Below, piece after piece: positions 1 to 10,219 of a stretch of DNA of 64,000 bases. Origin of the DNA: a bacterium (GTDB taxonomy: Bacteria; Patescibacteriota; Minisyncoccia; Moranbacterales; UBA2206); the NCBI GenBank assembly GCA_029567195.1, contig JAKQLJ010000020.1:3971-67970 (forward strand), written 5' to 3'. The notes under the pieces were generated by a model. The model worked only from the letters and a program-made list of their open reading frames with translations. It did not search any database and was not told the origin of the DNA. How positions within the stretch are numbered: position 1 is the stretch's first letter; every line of letters begins with the position of its first letter. Position numbers and translations under genes: made by a program.

Positions 1-1096
1 CCTCTATTCCTAGACTCATTTCTGAGACTATCACCGGATTGTTTTTGCTCCAAGAAAGAGCGGCAGAGGATGAAGGCAAGGAATGTTTTTGATTGTTTTT
101 TATCAGATAATATTTTTGATCTTCATTGGTAACAAAAATCGTTCCGTCGGGATGGGGGCTGAAGATGGTGAATAACTTTTCTTTTTTATACATAGCCATT
201 TCATCTCCGGAGATTTTCCGGAGATCATCCCAAGAATATCCCATATTTTCAAAAGTAATGGAACTGTCGATGGGAAGCGTTTTTCCGTTTGATACGAGAA
301 AGGCGGAGTCGCCATAAGACACTAAAGATCCGTCGGCAAAACCCTCCGTGTCATCAGAAAGCGGATATTTTTTCAAAAAATCAGCTGTTTTTTCTATCGC
401 CTGATTGTCGGCGTAACTACTCAGATAGGCTTGGCTACTCACAAATTTTCTTAATATATCATCTTTTAAAATATAATATTCATTGTCAATTTTAAAAATG
501 GAATAATTAGGATAAGTGGAAATATCGGAAATTTCCTCTCCTTTCGGATTATATTTCAAATCTTCTGCGGTTGTTTCAATAAAATAATTTTTGTCAAATC
601 CCAGCGTTTCTAAGATTGAATCATTGCGAAATTTTTTCAATTTTCCGTCAGAAACCAAGTAATAATTTCCCTCACTTTTTACGGCCGTTCCGTCCCTAAA
701 GCCTACCGGTTCTCCTTCCGGATAAAAAAAGGCTTGATAGGATTTTCTGGCATTCAAAGAAGCTGAAACAAATTCTTCCGATTTTTTGCTTAGAATTATG
801 GAAACTCTTCCCGTAGAATAATTGCCGATAACAGAAGCATCGAATGTCAATGGTTTTGTTCCTTCTATCCTTCCTCTTTCGGGAAATAACCCTTCCGAGT
901 TTCTTATGTTTGCCAAGTTATTTTTAGTAGAGTTGGGGTTTAGAAAGGAAAATGTTAGGAATTGAGTCGGAAAGGCAATTATAATAAATAAATAGACAGC
1001 TAAAAAAAGAGCCAAAAGATAAACAGCCGTCTGGAACAATCGGTAATGTTTATAATTTTTTTCGTCTAATTCTATTTTTTTAGTGAGATCAAACAT
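1..1096 (-). CDS. Hypothetical membrane-anchored protein, partial (C-terminus beyond window start); N-terminal TM helix then ~340 aa extracytoplasmic region
   Basis: Manual minus-strand translation from ATG at 1094-1096 (MFDLTKKIELDEKNYKHYRLFQTAVYLLALFLAVYLFIIIAF...) shows no stop down to position 1. It is missing from the ORF track only because it runs off the window edge. Spot-checked codons around 300-360 and 990-1096. Confidence 0.45.
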   Translation of the reverse strand, partial: MFDLTKKIELDEKNYKHYRLFQTAVYLLALFLAVYLFIIIAFPTQFLTFSFLNPNSTKNNLANIRNSEGLFPERGRIEGTKPLTFDASVIGNYSTGRVSIILSKKSEEFVSASLNARKSYQAFFYPEGEPVGFRDGTAVKSEGNYYLVSDGKLKKFRNDSILETLGFDKNYFIETTAEDLKYNPKGEEISDISTYPNYSIFKIDNEYYILKDDILRKFVSSQAYLSSYADNQAIEKTADFLKKYPLSDDTEGFADGSLVSYGDSAFLVSNGKTLPIDSSITFENMGYSWDDLRKISGDEMAMYKKEKLFTIFSPHPDGTIFVTNEDQKYYLIKNNQKHSLPSSSAALSWSKNNPVIVSEMSLGIE

Positions 1097-1186
1097 ATCT
1101 TTTTTAATCCGAATCATTTAAGTCATTTTAAGTTAATTCCATCCTGTCTTTATGATAAGCTACTTTATTGGAATAACTTTTGTCTG

Positions 1187-1310
1187 TTGTCATTCCCGCG
1201 AAAGCCATGCCTACCGGCAGGCAGGCCTGCCTACCGGCAGGCAGGCGGGAATCCAGTCTTCATAATCTAGCTTGTTTTCTGGATTCCCAATCAAGTTGGG
1301 AATGACATCG
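1187..1310. repeat. Composite GC-rich palindromic element (intergenic copy): gtcattcccgcg + 2x tandem gcctaccggcaggcaggc + gggaatccag...ctggattcccaatcaagttgggaatgac
   Basis: The outer arms ttgtcattccc/gggaatgacatc are inverted repeats. An internal 20-bp unit is tandemly duplicated (1211-1230, 1231-1250). attcccaa-tcaag-ttgggaat is an 8-bp-stem hairpin. The same cores recur at 11805-11890, 55553-55640 and 56466-56523. Confidence 0.6.
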
Positions 1311-1341
1311 GGAAGAAACTTAATATGATTTTATTATCATT

Positions 1342-3102
1342 CTATTTTATCATGTATATTTTTCCGTAGATAATGGTTTTTTGGCTCTCTGGCAGGCTTA
1401 AATCGGAGTTTTGCGGTTTGTCTTTTTCTCCGCTTTTTATGTTTAAAGACGTGGTTTCTATGCGATATTCCCTCTGAAAATACATTTTTTCTCCTAAGGG
1501 GCTTTTTTCGTATAGCTCAATATTTTTATCTGGCACAACAAGATATACATTGCTAAACCGGCTTAGTTTTATTTTTTCCAAATCTTTGGAATTAAAGAAG
1601 TAAACAGCTTGTTTGCCGTAAAGAAAATTCAACGGTCCTGCCATCATTGACCAGCCGGATCCGGAAGCTTCCCTATCCATCAAAACCAAATCGGAGGAAC
1701 TGAAATGGCGGCTCATTTCTTCAGTCTGGGCCAGTAAATTCTGGTTTTCTTTTACCGGAAAATAAGGGATGAAAATAAAAAGATTTATTATAAGCAGGGC
1801 CAGGGACAGAAAATGGAAAAATATTCTTTTTCTTTCAAAAAATTTGTCCAACAACCAAACGGAATAGAAAATGGAAACGGGAACTATGGTAAAAACAAAT
1901 CTTCTGAGCATCCAAGGGTGGTCGGAAGAAATGCTGGGATTAATAAGATACAAAAAAGCCGGCGAAGATATGAGAAGGGGAAACAAGTTTTCGTAATGTT
2001 TGTTTTTTAAGGCGTAAAAAAGGGCGATGAAAGCGATAATAACAAAATCAAAAATGGCATAGACAAAAAGAACCTTGAAAACATAAAAAAAGGAGAAAAT
2101 ATTACCGGATGGCGTAGTAGTATTTGCCAGTGAACCGAAAAGACCCTTCAGAGCATTTAAATAGAAAGGGTAATTAACGTTGAAACTGAAAAGATAAAGA
2201 ACTATCAAAGAGGCAAAAGCTACAGCCATCCATTTTTTTCTCAAAATATTTCCAAAATCGTTCCAGCTCTTTTGTTTTATGCGGATAAGAAAGATGGCAA
2301 TAGCCAAAAAAGCCAAGCCTTCAATCCTGGTAAAGGCCAGAAAAAGAAAAGAAAGAAGGGCGGACGAGAGATGGAGAGTATGTTTTCTTTCCATAAAAAT
2401 GGAAAAATTCCACAGTCCAAACCAGAAAAGAAAAAGAGCCAGGTTTTCGCTCAGAGTAAATTTAAAAAACCAGGAAAAAACAAAAGAGGTGAGGACCAAA
2501 AGCCAGGCGACAAAAGAAGGATAAGTCTTTAAATAAATTCGGCTGAAAGAAAAAAAGAAAATAAGAAACAAAAATAAGGTAATCCCGTTGGCTAAAACAA
2601 GGCCGGAAAGGCCAAAAATTGAATAAAAAGAAGCCAGCCAGGAAATGTAGCCGATGGGAAAATGGGTTATTAACTGTCCGTCCGCGGTATAGTTAAAGCC
2701 GGGAAAATTAAGCGCTTTTCCAGGACCGTAAATATTAAAAAACTCCCGAGAAGCTGGAAAGCTGAATTTTAATTGATGTTTTTGAGAGAGCCTAATGGCG
2801 GCTTCCGAAAAAGAGCCTTGGTCGCGGCCGGAAAAAATAGTGGGAGAAACAAAGGAAGACAAAATGTATACAAACAACAGGGAAATTATGATAATAACGG
2901 AAAATTTCGCGTGTTTGTAAAAAAAACGCCAATTTTTTCCGAAAATAAAAAAAAGAACGGCAGATCCTAAAATTAAATAAGCGGTTAAAATTTGCCCGTA
3001 AAATAATCCAATGATTGTCATTAAAAGGCTTAAAAAAAGAAGCCCCAACCAAAAAAGTCCCAAAATAGCCAGCAATTGGTTTTTGCCAAAATTAAATTTC
3101 AT
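1342..3102 (-). CDS. Polytopic integral membrane protein, putative GT-C-fold glycosyltransferase
   Basis: 586 aa, more than 12 predicted hydrophobic helices throughout and no soluble domain. It sits beside the glycosylation locus. Confidence 0.45.
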   Translation of the reverse strand: MKFNFGKNQLLAILGLFWLGLLFLSLLMTIIGLFYGQILTAYLILGSAVLFFIFGKNWRFFYKHAKFSVIIIISLLFVYILSSFVSPTIFSGRDQGSFSEAAIRLSQKHQLKFSFPASREFFNIYGPGKALNFPGFNYTADGQLITHFPIGYISWLASFYSIFGLSGLVLANGITLFLFLIFFFSFSRIYLKTYPSFVAWLLVLTSFVFSWFFKFTLSENLALFLFWFGLWNFSIFMERKHTLHLSSALLSFLFLAFTRIEGLAFLAIAIFLIRIKQKSWNDFGNILRKKWMAVAFASLIVLYLFSFNVNYPFYLNALKGLFGSLANTTTPSGNIFSFFYVFKVLFVYAIFDFVIIAFIALFYALKNKHYENLFPLLISSPAFLYLINPSISSDHPWMLRRFVFTIVPVSIFYSVWLLDKFFERKRIFFHFLSLALLIINLFIFIPYFPVKENQNLLAQTEEMSRHFSSSDLVLMDREASGSGWSMMAGPLNFLYGKQAVYFFNSKDLEKIKLSRFSNVYLVVPDKNIELYEKSPLGEKMYFQREYRIETTSLNIKSGEKDKPQNSDLSLPESQKTIIYGKIYMIK

Positions 3103-3206
3103 ACCATTATTATAGCTTCAAAAAAGCTTTCTGCCAATAAGCCGCCCCTTTGCTAGAAGTTGGTTTTTAAGGTAGAATTGTAAAAGAAATAATTTATCAT
3201 TCAATT

Positions 3207-4385
3207 ATGAAAATATTGGTCATCGCGCCAACTCCTTTTTTTTCTGATCGGGGAACGCACATAAGAATATTGGAAGAAGCTCTGGCTCTGGAAAAATTGG
3301 GGCATGAAATTACCATCTCTACTTATCATATTGGGAAAAATATTGATCGGAGAATTAACACCAAGATAGATGTCAGAAGGATTTTGCGCCTTCTTTTTTG
3401 GTATAAAAAGCTGGAAGCGGGACCGGATTGGCAGAAAATAATTTTGGATATCATGCTTATCAGAAAAACTTTTTTTCTGGCCAGAACCAAAAAACCGGAC
3501 ATTATTCACGGCCATCTTCATGAAGGAGTGCTCATCGGCTGGATAGTAAAATACCTTCTTTTTTGGCGCAAGATTAAATTGGTGGCTGATTTCCATGGAA
3601 GCCTTACCGGGGAGATGCTTTCTCATGGCTATCTTAAACGCGGACTCAAGGGAATTTTCTCTCAGATTGAAAAATTTATCAATAAACGTGGCGATTATGC
3701 CATAACCAGTTCCTGGGAATGCACAAAGGATGTGAAAAAATCCAGAAAAGATGGTAAAATAGAAACAGTGCTGGATGGAATTAATCTCGACAGTTTTGTT
3801 TTTTCTTCAAAAAAAGAAGAGATGAAAAAAGAATGGGAAATTCCGGACGGAAAATTTATCGTTGGTTATACCGGGGGACTCATTCCCAATAAAGGAATCG
3901 ATTATCTTTTGAAAGCTATCCCTTTAGTCTTGGAAAAACGGAAGGATGTATTTTTTTTGATTGGCGGTTTTCCTCCGGAAGAAATAGAAAGATTCATAAA
4001 AGACAAAAAATTGGGAGAATTCGTCCGTTTGGTCAGTCCTTTGGATTATTTCCGCTTGCCTGAGTTTTTGCATATTTGCGACATTGCTATCGATCCCAAA
4101 GGCAGTGATACTAACCAAGCCAGCGGCAAGATGCTGAATTATATGGCAGCCGGACTGGCCGTTGTCTGTTTTGACAAAGTTAATAACCGGGAATATTTAG
4201 GTGAAGGGGGATATTTTTGTCGGGAGATGTCTCCTCTGGCTTTGGCCGAAGGGATTTTTTATTTTCTGGAAAAACCGGAAGAGGCGAAACAAAAAGGATT
4301 ATATAACAGGGAAAAAGCTAAAACTTTTAGTTGGGATGCTCCGGCTAAAAAAATTGAATTAATATATAATAAAATAAAAAGTTAA
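3207..4385 (+). CDS. Glycosyltransferase family 4 (GT-B, glycosyl transferase group 1)
   Basis: Motif YTGGLIPNKGIDYLLKAIPLV, and a C-terminal EGGYF...E/K pattern typical of GT4 donor-binding domains. Confidence 0.8.
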   Translation: MKILVIAPTPFFSDRGTHIRILEEALALEKLGHEITISTYHIGKNIDRRINTKIDVRRILRLLFWYKKLEAGPDWQKIILDIMLIRKTFFLARTKKPDIIHGHLHEGVLIGWIVKYLLFWRKIKLVADFHGSLTGEMLSHGYLKRGLKGIFSQIEKFINKRGDYAITSSWECTKDVKKSRKDGKIETVLDGINLDSFVFSSKKEEMKKEWEIPDGKFIVGYTGGLIPNKGIDYLLKAIPLVLEKRKDVFFLIGGFPPEEIERFIKDKKLGEFVRLVSPLDYFRLPEFLHICDIAIDPKGSDTNQASGKMLNYMAAGLAVVCFDKVNNREYLGEGGYFCREMSPLALAEGIFYFLEKPEEAKQKGLYNREKAKTFSWDAPAKKIELIYNKIKS

Positions 4386-4387
4386 CT

Positions 4388-5785
4388 ATGAAAAAAATCG
4401 CAAGGTATTTAGCCGAAAAGAAGGCAATTATTATAGGTTTGGTTATTTTTATCGCTATCTTTACAGCGGCCTTTTTCTTTGCCAGCGGCAACAAAAAGAT
4501 CATCGGGCTAAAATCCCTTTCTTTGGCCAGCAAAGTATCAAAATTTTTGCCTATTACCAAGGACGAGCAAAAAGAATTGGAAGTGGTCAATAAATTGGTG
4601 GAAACATTAAATAAAAAAGACGATCGCACCTGGACATTTATGATATTTCTCCAAAATAATATGGAGCTTCGTCCAGGCGGAGGATTTCTGGGCCAGTATG
4701 CGGTAGTAAAGATAAAAAACGGAGAAGTTATTTCCACTACCATTGAGGATGCCAATTTGTTGGACCAAAGAATCACTGCCAAAGTGGCTCCTCCCTATCC
4801 ATTTAAAAGAATGATGCAGATAAAAAGCTGGAAATTTAGAGATTCCAACTTTTCCCCCGATTTTCCAACTAACATTGAAAAAGCTAAATATTTTTATCGT
4901 TTGTCTGGAAGAGGCGGTGACTTTGACGGTTTTGTTGCTGTCAATACTGAAGTGTTCAATCATATTTTGGCTCTTACCGGTCCAATTACTGTTCCCGGAT
5001 ATTCAGGAGAATATAACAGCCGGGATGGAGCTTTAAAGCTGGAAGAATTTGTGGAAAAGCAATACATTATGAATCCGGAGCTGGACACCCAAAACCGAAA
5101 AATGATTCTTCAGAAAATGGGTCCAATGATAATTGAAAAACTTTTTACTCTTGGCAATGTGACTAAAATCGCTGAATTGGTGCACAATGATCTCAAAAAC
5201 AAGAATATAATGCTCAATTTTAAGGATCCCGCTCTTCAGTCCCAAGTGGAAAGCGTTTTTTGGGACGGCAAAGTGGCAACCGATTGGGGATCGGATTATT
5301 TGATGCTGGTGGATGCCAATATGGGGGCTTTAAAAACTGATTATTACATCAAGCGGGAAATTTCCTATGATGTTGATTTGACGGCAGAGAAGCCAACGGT
5401 TACCCTTAATATCAAATATAAAAATACTGCTCCTTACGGCGATTGGCGAACAAGCGATTATCACACCTTTCTTCGGGTTTACGTGCCGAAAGGATCGACT
5501 TTTTTGGAAAGAACCATGGTAGGTTATCCTAATATTGGAGAAGAATTCGGCAAAACTTATTTCGGGGTGATTGTCCATGTGCTTATAAATGGAGAAACAA
5601 ACGGAATGCTTAAATATGAGCTTCCGGCTGACTTTAACAAGGATGATTACCGGCTTTTGGTTCAGAAGCAATCAGGAGTGGGTGACGTGCCGATAAAAAT
5701 TCACCTGAAAACCAAAGACGGAGAATTTACCCAAGAATCAATTCTCAATCATGACACAAGATTTGAGTTTCAGAAGGGAAAATAA
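4388..5785 (+). CDS. Exported protein with N-terminal TM anchor; possibly DUF4012-like
   Basis: N-terminal helix IIGLVIFIAIFTAAFFFA, then a soluble domain with an LRPGGGFLGQYAVV motif. The family assignment is from memory only. Confidence 0.4.
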   Translation: MKKIARYLAEKKAIIIGLVIFIAIFTAAFFFASGNKKIIGLKSLSLASKVSKFLPITKDEQKELEVVNKLVETLNKKDDRTWTFMIFLQNNMELRPGGGFLGQYAVVKIKNGEVISTTIEDANLLDQRITAKVAPPYPFKRMMQIKSWKFRDSNFSPDFPTNIEKAKYFYRLSGRGGDFDGFVAVNTEVFNHILALTGPITVPGYSGEYNSRDGALKLEEFVEKQYIMNPELDTQNRKMILQKMGPMIIEKLFTLGNVTKIAELVHNDLKNKNIMLNFKDPALQSQVESVFWDGKVATDWGSDYLMLVDANMGALKTDYYIKREISYDVDLTAEKPTVTLNIKYKNTAPYGDWRTSDYHTFLRVYVPKGSTFLERTMVGYPNIGEEFGKTYFGVIVHVLINGETNGMLKYELPADFNKDDYRLLVQKQSGVGDVPIKIHLKTKDGEFTQESILNHDTRFEFQKGK

Positions 5786-5806
5786 TACTTAGAGTTTTTC
5801 AAAAGT

Positions 5807-6988
5807 ATGAAATCATTTCTGGTAAAACTCGGAAAAATATATAAGATGATCAGAAAAAACGGTCCTTGGAACGGATGCAGGATCGTTTTTATGTATGTCG
5901 GAATATTCATAAAAAGCCTTTTCGGAGTTAAGTCGGGAGATATCCTTATCATTACCGGCGGAGTGGGTGATAGCGCTTTTTATCGGGCCGGTAACCAAAA
6001 AGAAGAATTGAATATGCACGGTTTTCGCTGTTTTTCTACTATCACCGATAATCCTTTTCTTTTAAAATATGTTTCCCGGTTTAAAATTTTTATTTTTCAC
6101 CGAACAATTGTCACTCCTAAAATTGCCGCATTTTTGGAAGAAATAAAAAAAGCGAAAAAAGAGATAATTTTTGATACTGATGATCTGGTTTATGATATAA
6201 AATATTTTGAGAATACGGACAGCTATCAGAGTATGAACGCTTTGGAAAAACGCCAATATGAAAAAGGGGTGGGAGAGGAAATTGTGAAAGACGGTTATGT
6301 AAAAGTGGCTACAACTACCACCAGTTTTCTGGCCAACAAACTAAGGGAATCGGGGAAGATTGTTTATATTTCCAAAAATAAAATTTCCAACCACGAATTG
6401 GAGATAGCGGAAAAAATACGCCAAAATTTCAAGAAAAAAGAGGATGGGATTGTCAGAATCGGCTATTATAGCGGCACTATTTCCCACAATAAGGATTTTG
6501 CTTCCATTACTCCGGCGCTTATGAATATTTTAGAAAAGTATGAAAAGACGGAATTGCTTTTAGCCGGACCGCTGGACAGTGAAAACGAGCTGAATAAATT
6601 TAAGGACAGAGTTAAAAAGCTGCCTTTTGTGCCAAGGGATCAATATTATGAAAATCTTTATTTGTCTGATATCAATCTGGCTCCCTTGATTAAAGGCGAT
6701 CCTTTTTGCGAATCAAAATCGGAAATCAAATTTACGGAACCGGGAGTTTTGGGAGTGCCGACGGTGGCAATTAGGAATCAGACCTTTTCTGAAGCCATAG
6801 AAGACGGGGTGGACGGGTTTTTAGCGGACAATATTTCCGAATGGACAGAAAAAATATCCCGGTTAATTGAAAATGAAAATTTACGGCGGGAAATGGGAGA
6901 AAAAGCGCGGGAAAAAGTTTTACGCGAATATTCTAACAAAAATAGTCATAACGAGAAATATTACAATTATCTAAAAAGCAAATTATAA
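5807..6988 (+). CDS. Glycosyltransferase, GT4-like C-terminal domain
   Basis: C-terminal half FTEPGVLGVPTVAIRNQTFSEAIEDGVDGFLADN...EKAREKVLREYS matches the GT1/GT4 donor-binding domain. The N-terminus is divergent. Confidence 0.55.
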   Translation: MKSFLVKLGKIYKMIRKNGPWNGCRIVFMYVGIFIKSLFGVKSGDILIITGGVGDSAFYRAGNQKEELNMHGFRCFSTITDNPFLLKYVSRFKIFIFHRTIVTPKIAAFLEEIKKAKKEIIFDTDDLVYDIKYFENTDSYQSMNALEKRQYEKGVGEEIVKDGYVKVATTTTSFLANKLRESGKIVYISKNKISNHELEIAEKIRQNFKKKEDGIVRIGYYSGTISHNKDFASITPALMNILEKYEKTELLLAGPLDSENELNKFKDRVKKLPFVPRDQYYENLYLSDINLAPLIKGDPFCESKSEIKFTEPGVLGVPTVAIRNQTFSEAIEDGVDGFLADNISEWTEKISRLIENENLRREMGEKAREKVLREYSNKNSHNEKYYNYLKSKL

Positions 6989-7057
6989 GGTTAAAAAGGA
7001 TTATTGAAAATTAATTTTTTTTGAAAATTATAATTATTTAATAGTCAGAAGATAAAA

Positions 7058-8011
7058 ATGGCAACAATATTAATCACTGGCGGAGCGGGGTTTATCGGCT
7101 CGGCGTGCGCTAAAAAATTAATGGATAGAGGAGACAAGGTTGTTATAATTGATAATTTTAATAACTATTACGATCCGTCTTTAAAAGAAGCGAGAATTAA
7201 AAAATTTCTTAAAGGTTACAAGTTCAAGCTCTACCGTGGCGATATTCGGGATGCAAAACTAATTGAAAAAATATTCAGGAAAGAAAAAATTGACAAAGTT
7301 ATCCATCTGGCGGCTTTGGCCGGAGTGAGGAATTCTCTGCTGGATCCCAGAAGTTATTTTGATGTAAACGTCATGGGATCAATCAATCTTCTGGAAGCGG
7401 CGGTGAAATATAAAATAAAAAACTTTGTTTTTGCTTCCTCTTCTTCGGTTTATGGTAATAATAAAAAAACGCCCTTTTCGGAAAGTGATCCGGTGGATAC
7501 TCCCATTTCTCCTTATGCGGCCAGCAAAAAAACAGACGAGCTTATTGCCCACACTTATAGTCACATTTATGGACTCAATATTACGGCGTTAAGGTTTTTT
7601 ACCGTTTACGGCCCTTGGGGAAGGCCGGATATGGCGCTTTTTCTGTTTGCCGACGGGATAACCAGCGGAAAACCGATAAATGTTTTTAATCGCGGAAAAA
7701 TGAGCCGCAATTTTACCTATATTGATGACATCGTTTCCGGAACAATCACAGTCTTGGATAAGTGCCAGGGCTATGGCGTCATGAATATCGGCGGGGATAA
7801 AGAAGAGACGCTTATGCGTTACATCGAAGTTTTGGAAAAAAATCTTGGCAAAAAGGCCAAAAAAAATATGTTGCCAATGCAGCCGGGAGATGTGCCAAAA
7901 ACGGTTGCCGACATTAGAAGACTTAGAAAGCTCGGCTGGAAACCGACTACCAGAATCGAAAAAGGAATAGCTAATTTTGTGGAGTGGTATAAGAAATACT
8001 ACAATAAATGA
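7058..8011 (+). CDS. NAD-dependent epimerase/dehydratase, UDP-glucuronate 4-epimerase-like (Cap1J/Gla family)
   Basis: [12 protein letters not shown] Rossmann motif and YxxxK (YAASK). VYGPWGRPDMALF is the signature seen in UDP-GlcA 4-epimerases. Confidence 0.75.
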   Translation: MATILITGGAGFIGSACAKKLMDRGDKVVIIDNFNNYYDPSLKEARIKKFLKGYKFKLYRGDIRDAKLIEKIFRKEKIDKVIHLAALAGVRNSLLDPRSYFDVNVMGSINLLEAAVKYKIKNFVFASSSSVYGNNKKTPFSESDPVDTPISPYAASKKTDELIAHTYSHIYGLNITALRFFTVYGPWGRPDMALFLFADGITSGKPINVFNRGKMSRNFTYIDDIVSGTITVLDKCQGYGVMNIGGDKEETLMRYIEVLEKNLGKKAKKNMLPMQPGDVPKTVADIRRLRKLGWKPTTRIEKGIANFVEWYKKYYNK

Positions 8012-9276
8012 TCCAAAGGATAAAAAACAACGCTTTTGCCAGAAATAGCCTTATTCTTTTCATTGGCACAATGACAGCCAATGTCCTTAATTATGTTTTT
8101 CATTTGGTAATTGGAAGAATGGTTAGTGCTGAAGTTTATGGAGAAGTGGAATCTTTAGTCTCGCTTATTGCCATAATTTCCGTTCCGGCGGCGACGCTTA
8201 CCATGGTGGCCACAAAATTCAGTGCGGCCAACAAAGCCGAAAATGACAGGGTGGGAAGCAGTGAAATAATGAAATATTTCAACAGGAAAATTTTCGTCTA
8301 TGGCTTGCCTGTTTTTATTGTCGCTGTTGCGATTTCTCCTTTTATCAAGAATTTTTTAAAAATTGAAAGTGTCTGGCCGCTCATTCTGGTCTGGATTATG
8401 ATGTTTTTGTCTTTTTTGGCAGCTGTCACAAGTGGAATTATAAACGGCTGGCAAAAATTCAAAGATGCCAGCTGGATGGGAATTTTTTCAGCGGTTATAA
8501 AACTGGTGGCGGCTGTTTTTTTGGTTAAATTAGGCTTTGCAGTGAACGGAGTGATTGGCGGTTTTGCCTTGGGGGCGCTGGTATCATACGCATTGTCTCT
8601 TTATTTTCTCCGTTTCATTAAAGATGGGGAAAAAAATAACAAAAATACTGTTTCCAATACCAATTTTTTCCCCATAAAAAGATATATTATCCCGGTTTTT
8701 ATTGGAAATTTGGCCATAAATATTTTGAGCAATGCCGATATGGTTCTGGCCAAACATAATCTGGATTCTATTTCAGCCGGCCAATACGGAGCGTTGACGG
8801 TGGTTTCTAAAGTTATTTTTTTTGCCACCGGTATCATTGGCACGGTTCTTTTCTCCATGTCAGCGGAAGATAACCACAAAAAAAATAATTCCAAGTCGAC
8901 ATTTAAACACGCTTTCTGCTTGATGTCAGTTGTGTCGGCAGGAGCGATTTTTTTCTATCTGCTATTTCCTGAATTTATTCTGGCGATGCTGTTTGGCGAT
9001 AAATATCGGGACGTTTCCAACTATCTTATCTGGTTTGCCATATCGGTAACTCTTTTCTCTTTTGTTAACTTGGTTTTTCAGTATCTTATTTCCATTCATA
9101 AAACAGATATCGCCTATGTTCTTTTGGTCGTTTCTGTCTTGGCCTCTCTGGCCGTCTTATTTGTAGGGCGCGGTATTTTTGCTATAATAAGCATAATGAT
9201 AACGGCCCAAGCTTCCGCTCTGATTTTGGGTGCTTATTATGTCTATAAAAATAGGAAAGAAGCCTATGGAAGATAA
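8008..9276 (+). CDS. Polysaccharide biosynthesis protein / oligosaccharide flippase (Wzx, MOP superfamily)
   Basis: 422 aa with ~12 TM helices, and an N-terminus NSLILFIGTMTANVLNYVFHLVIGRMVSAEVYG typical of the Wzx/RfbX family. ATGA start/stop overlap with the upstream epimerase. Confidence 0.75.
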   Translation: MIQRIKNNAFARNSLILFIGTMTANVLNYVFHLVIGRMVSAEVYGEVESLVSLIAIISVPAATLTMVATKFSAANKAENDRVGSSEIMKYFNRKIFVYGLPVFIVAVAISPFIKNFLKIESVWPLILVWIMMFLSFLAAVTSGIINGWQKFKDASWMGIFSAVIKLVAAVFLVKLGFAVNGVIGGFALGALVSYALSLYFLRFIKDGEKNNKNTVSNTNFFPIKRYIIPVFIGNLAINILSNADMVLAKHNLDSISAGQYGALTVVSKVIFFATGIIGTVLFSMSAEDNHKKNNSKSTFKHAFCLMSVVSAGAIFFYLLFPEFILAMLFGDKYRDVSNYLIWFAISVTLFSFVNLVFQYLISIHKTDIAYVLLVVSVLASLAVLFVGRGIFAIISIMITAQASALILGAYYVYKNRKEAYGR

Positions 9277-10204
9277 AAAAATCATTTCTATCATCACTCC
9301 GGTTTATAATGAGGAAAAAAATATCCCCATTTTTTATGCGGAGCTTCAAAAAGTTGTTAACTCTATGGATAAGTATGATTTTGAACTGATTTTTGTAAAT
9401 GACGGCAGTCGGGACAAAAGCCTGGAAGAATTAAGAAAAATGGAAAAGGAAGATGAAAGAGTGATGGTTATTGACTTGTCTCGAAACTTCGGCAAAGAAA
9501 TTGCCACCACTGCCGGAATAAACCATTGTCGGGGTGAAGCCTGTATTATGCTTGATAGCGATCTCCAACACCCGGTGGAAAAAATTCCTGAATTTGTTTC
9601 CAAGTGGGAAAATGGAGCGGAAGTGGTTATAGGAGTGCGAAAGAAAAATAATGGGGAAGGATTAGTGAAAAAAATGGGATCATTTTTCTTTTATAAAATC
9701 ATCAATCGCATATCGGATACTAAAGTTATGTCTAATGCCACTGATTATCGCCTTTTGGACAGGATGGTGATAAATGAGTTCAATAAGTTAACGGAAAAAA
9801 ACCGGATGACAAGAGCGCTTATCGATTGGCTGGGCTTCAAAAGAGAATATATTTATTTTGAGGCCAGGCCTAGAATTCATGGGGAAGCCGGATATAGTTT
9901 TTGGAAGCTAATGAGGCTGGCTTTTAACAGCATGATTTCGCTCAGCATTTTTCCTCTTCGTATTGCCGGATATCTGGGCATTATTATTACCATTTTTTCG
10001 GGCGTTTTGGGCTTATTTATTTTTATAACCAACTATGTGACAGAGAGTCTTGATTTTTCTGGTCCGGCTATTTTGGCGGTAGTGATTCTTTTTCTTATCG
10101 GCATTGTCCTTATTTGCCTCGGACTCATTGCGCTCTATATCGCTAACATCCATTCGGAAGTAAACAATCGGCCGCTTTATGTTGTGAGAAGATCCAGAAA
10201 GTAG
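9266..10204 (+). CDS. GT2 polyprenyl-phosphate glycosyltransferase (GtrB/ArnC/DPM1-like)
   Basis: ISIITPVYNEEKNI...IFVNDGSRDKS...LDSDLQHP, plus two C-terminal TM helices. The start is moved to the ATG at 9266 (MEDKK) rather than the overlapping 9230. Confidence 0.75.
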   Translation: MEDKKIISIITPVYNEEKNIPIFYAELQKVVNSMDKYDFELIFVNDGSRDKSLEELRKMEKEDERVMVIDLSRNFGKEIATTAGINHCRGEACIMLDSDLQHPVEKIPEFVSKWENGAEVVIGVRKKNNGEGLVKKMGSFFFYKIINRISDTKVMSNATDYRLLDRMVINEFNKLTEKNRMTRALIDWLGFKREYIYFEARPRIHGEAGYSFWKLMRLAFNSMISLSIFPLRIAGYLGIIITIFSGVLGLFIFITNYVTESLDFSGPAILAVVILFLIGIVLICLGLIALYIANIHSEVNNRPLYVVRRSRK

Positions 10205-10219
10205 CTTAGACCAACTTTC

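Noticed and set aside
1211-1250. Tandem direct repeat gcctaccggcaggcaggc x2 considered as a possible CRISPR or other array
   Set aside because: Only two units with no spacers. It is part of a larger palindromic element whose other copies lack the duplication.
3201-3626. 141-aa ORF on the minus strand overlapping the 5' part of the GT4 gene
   Set aside because: Antisense to a well-supported GT4 CDS. Lys/Phe-rich low-complexity translation typical of AT-rich antisense frames.
7008-7045. Possible sigma70 promoter TTGAAA-19 nt-TATAAT upstream of the UDP-GlcA epimerase gene
   Set aside because: The spacer is slightly long, and the region is so AT-rich that hexamer matches are expected by chance. 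It is not listed as a feature.
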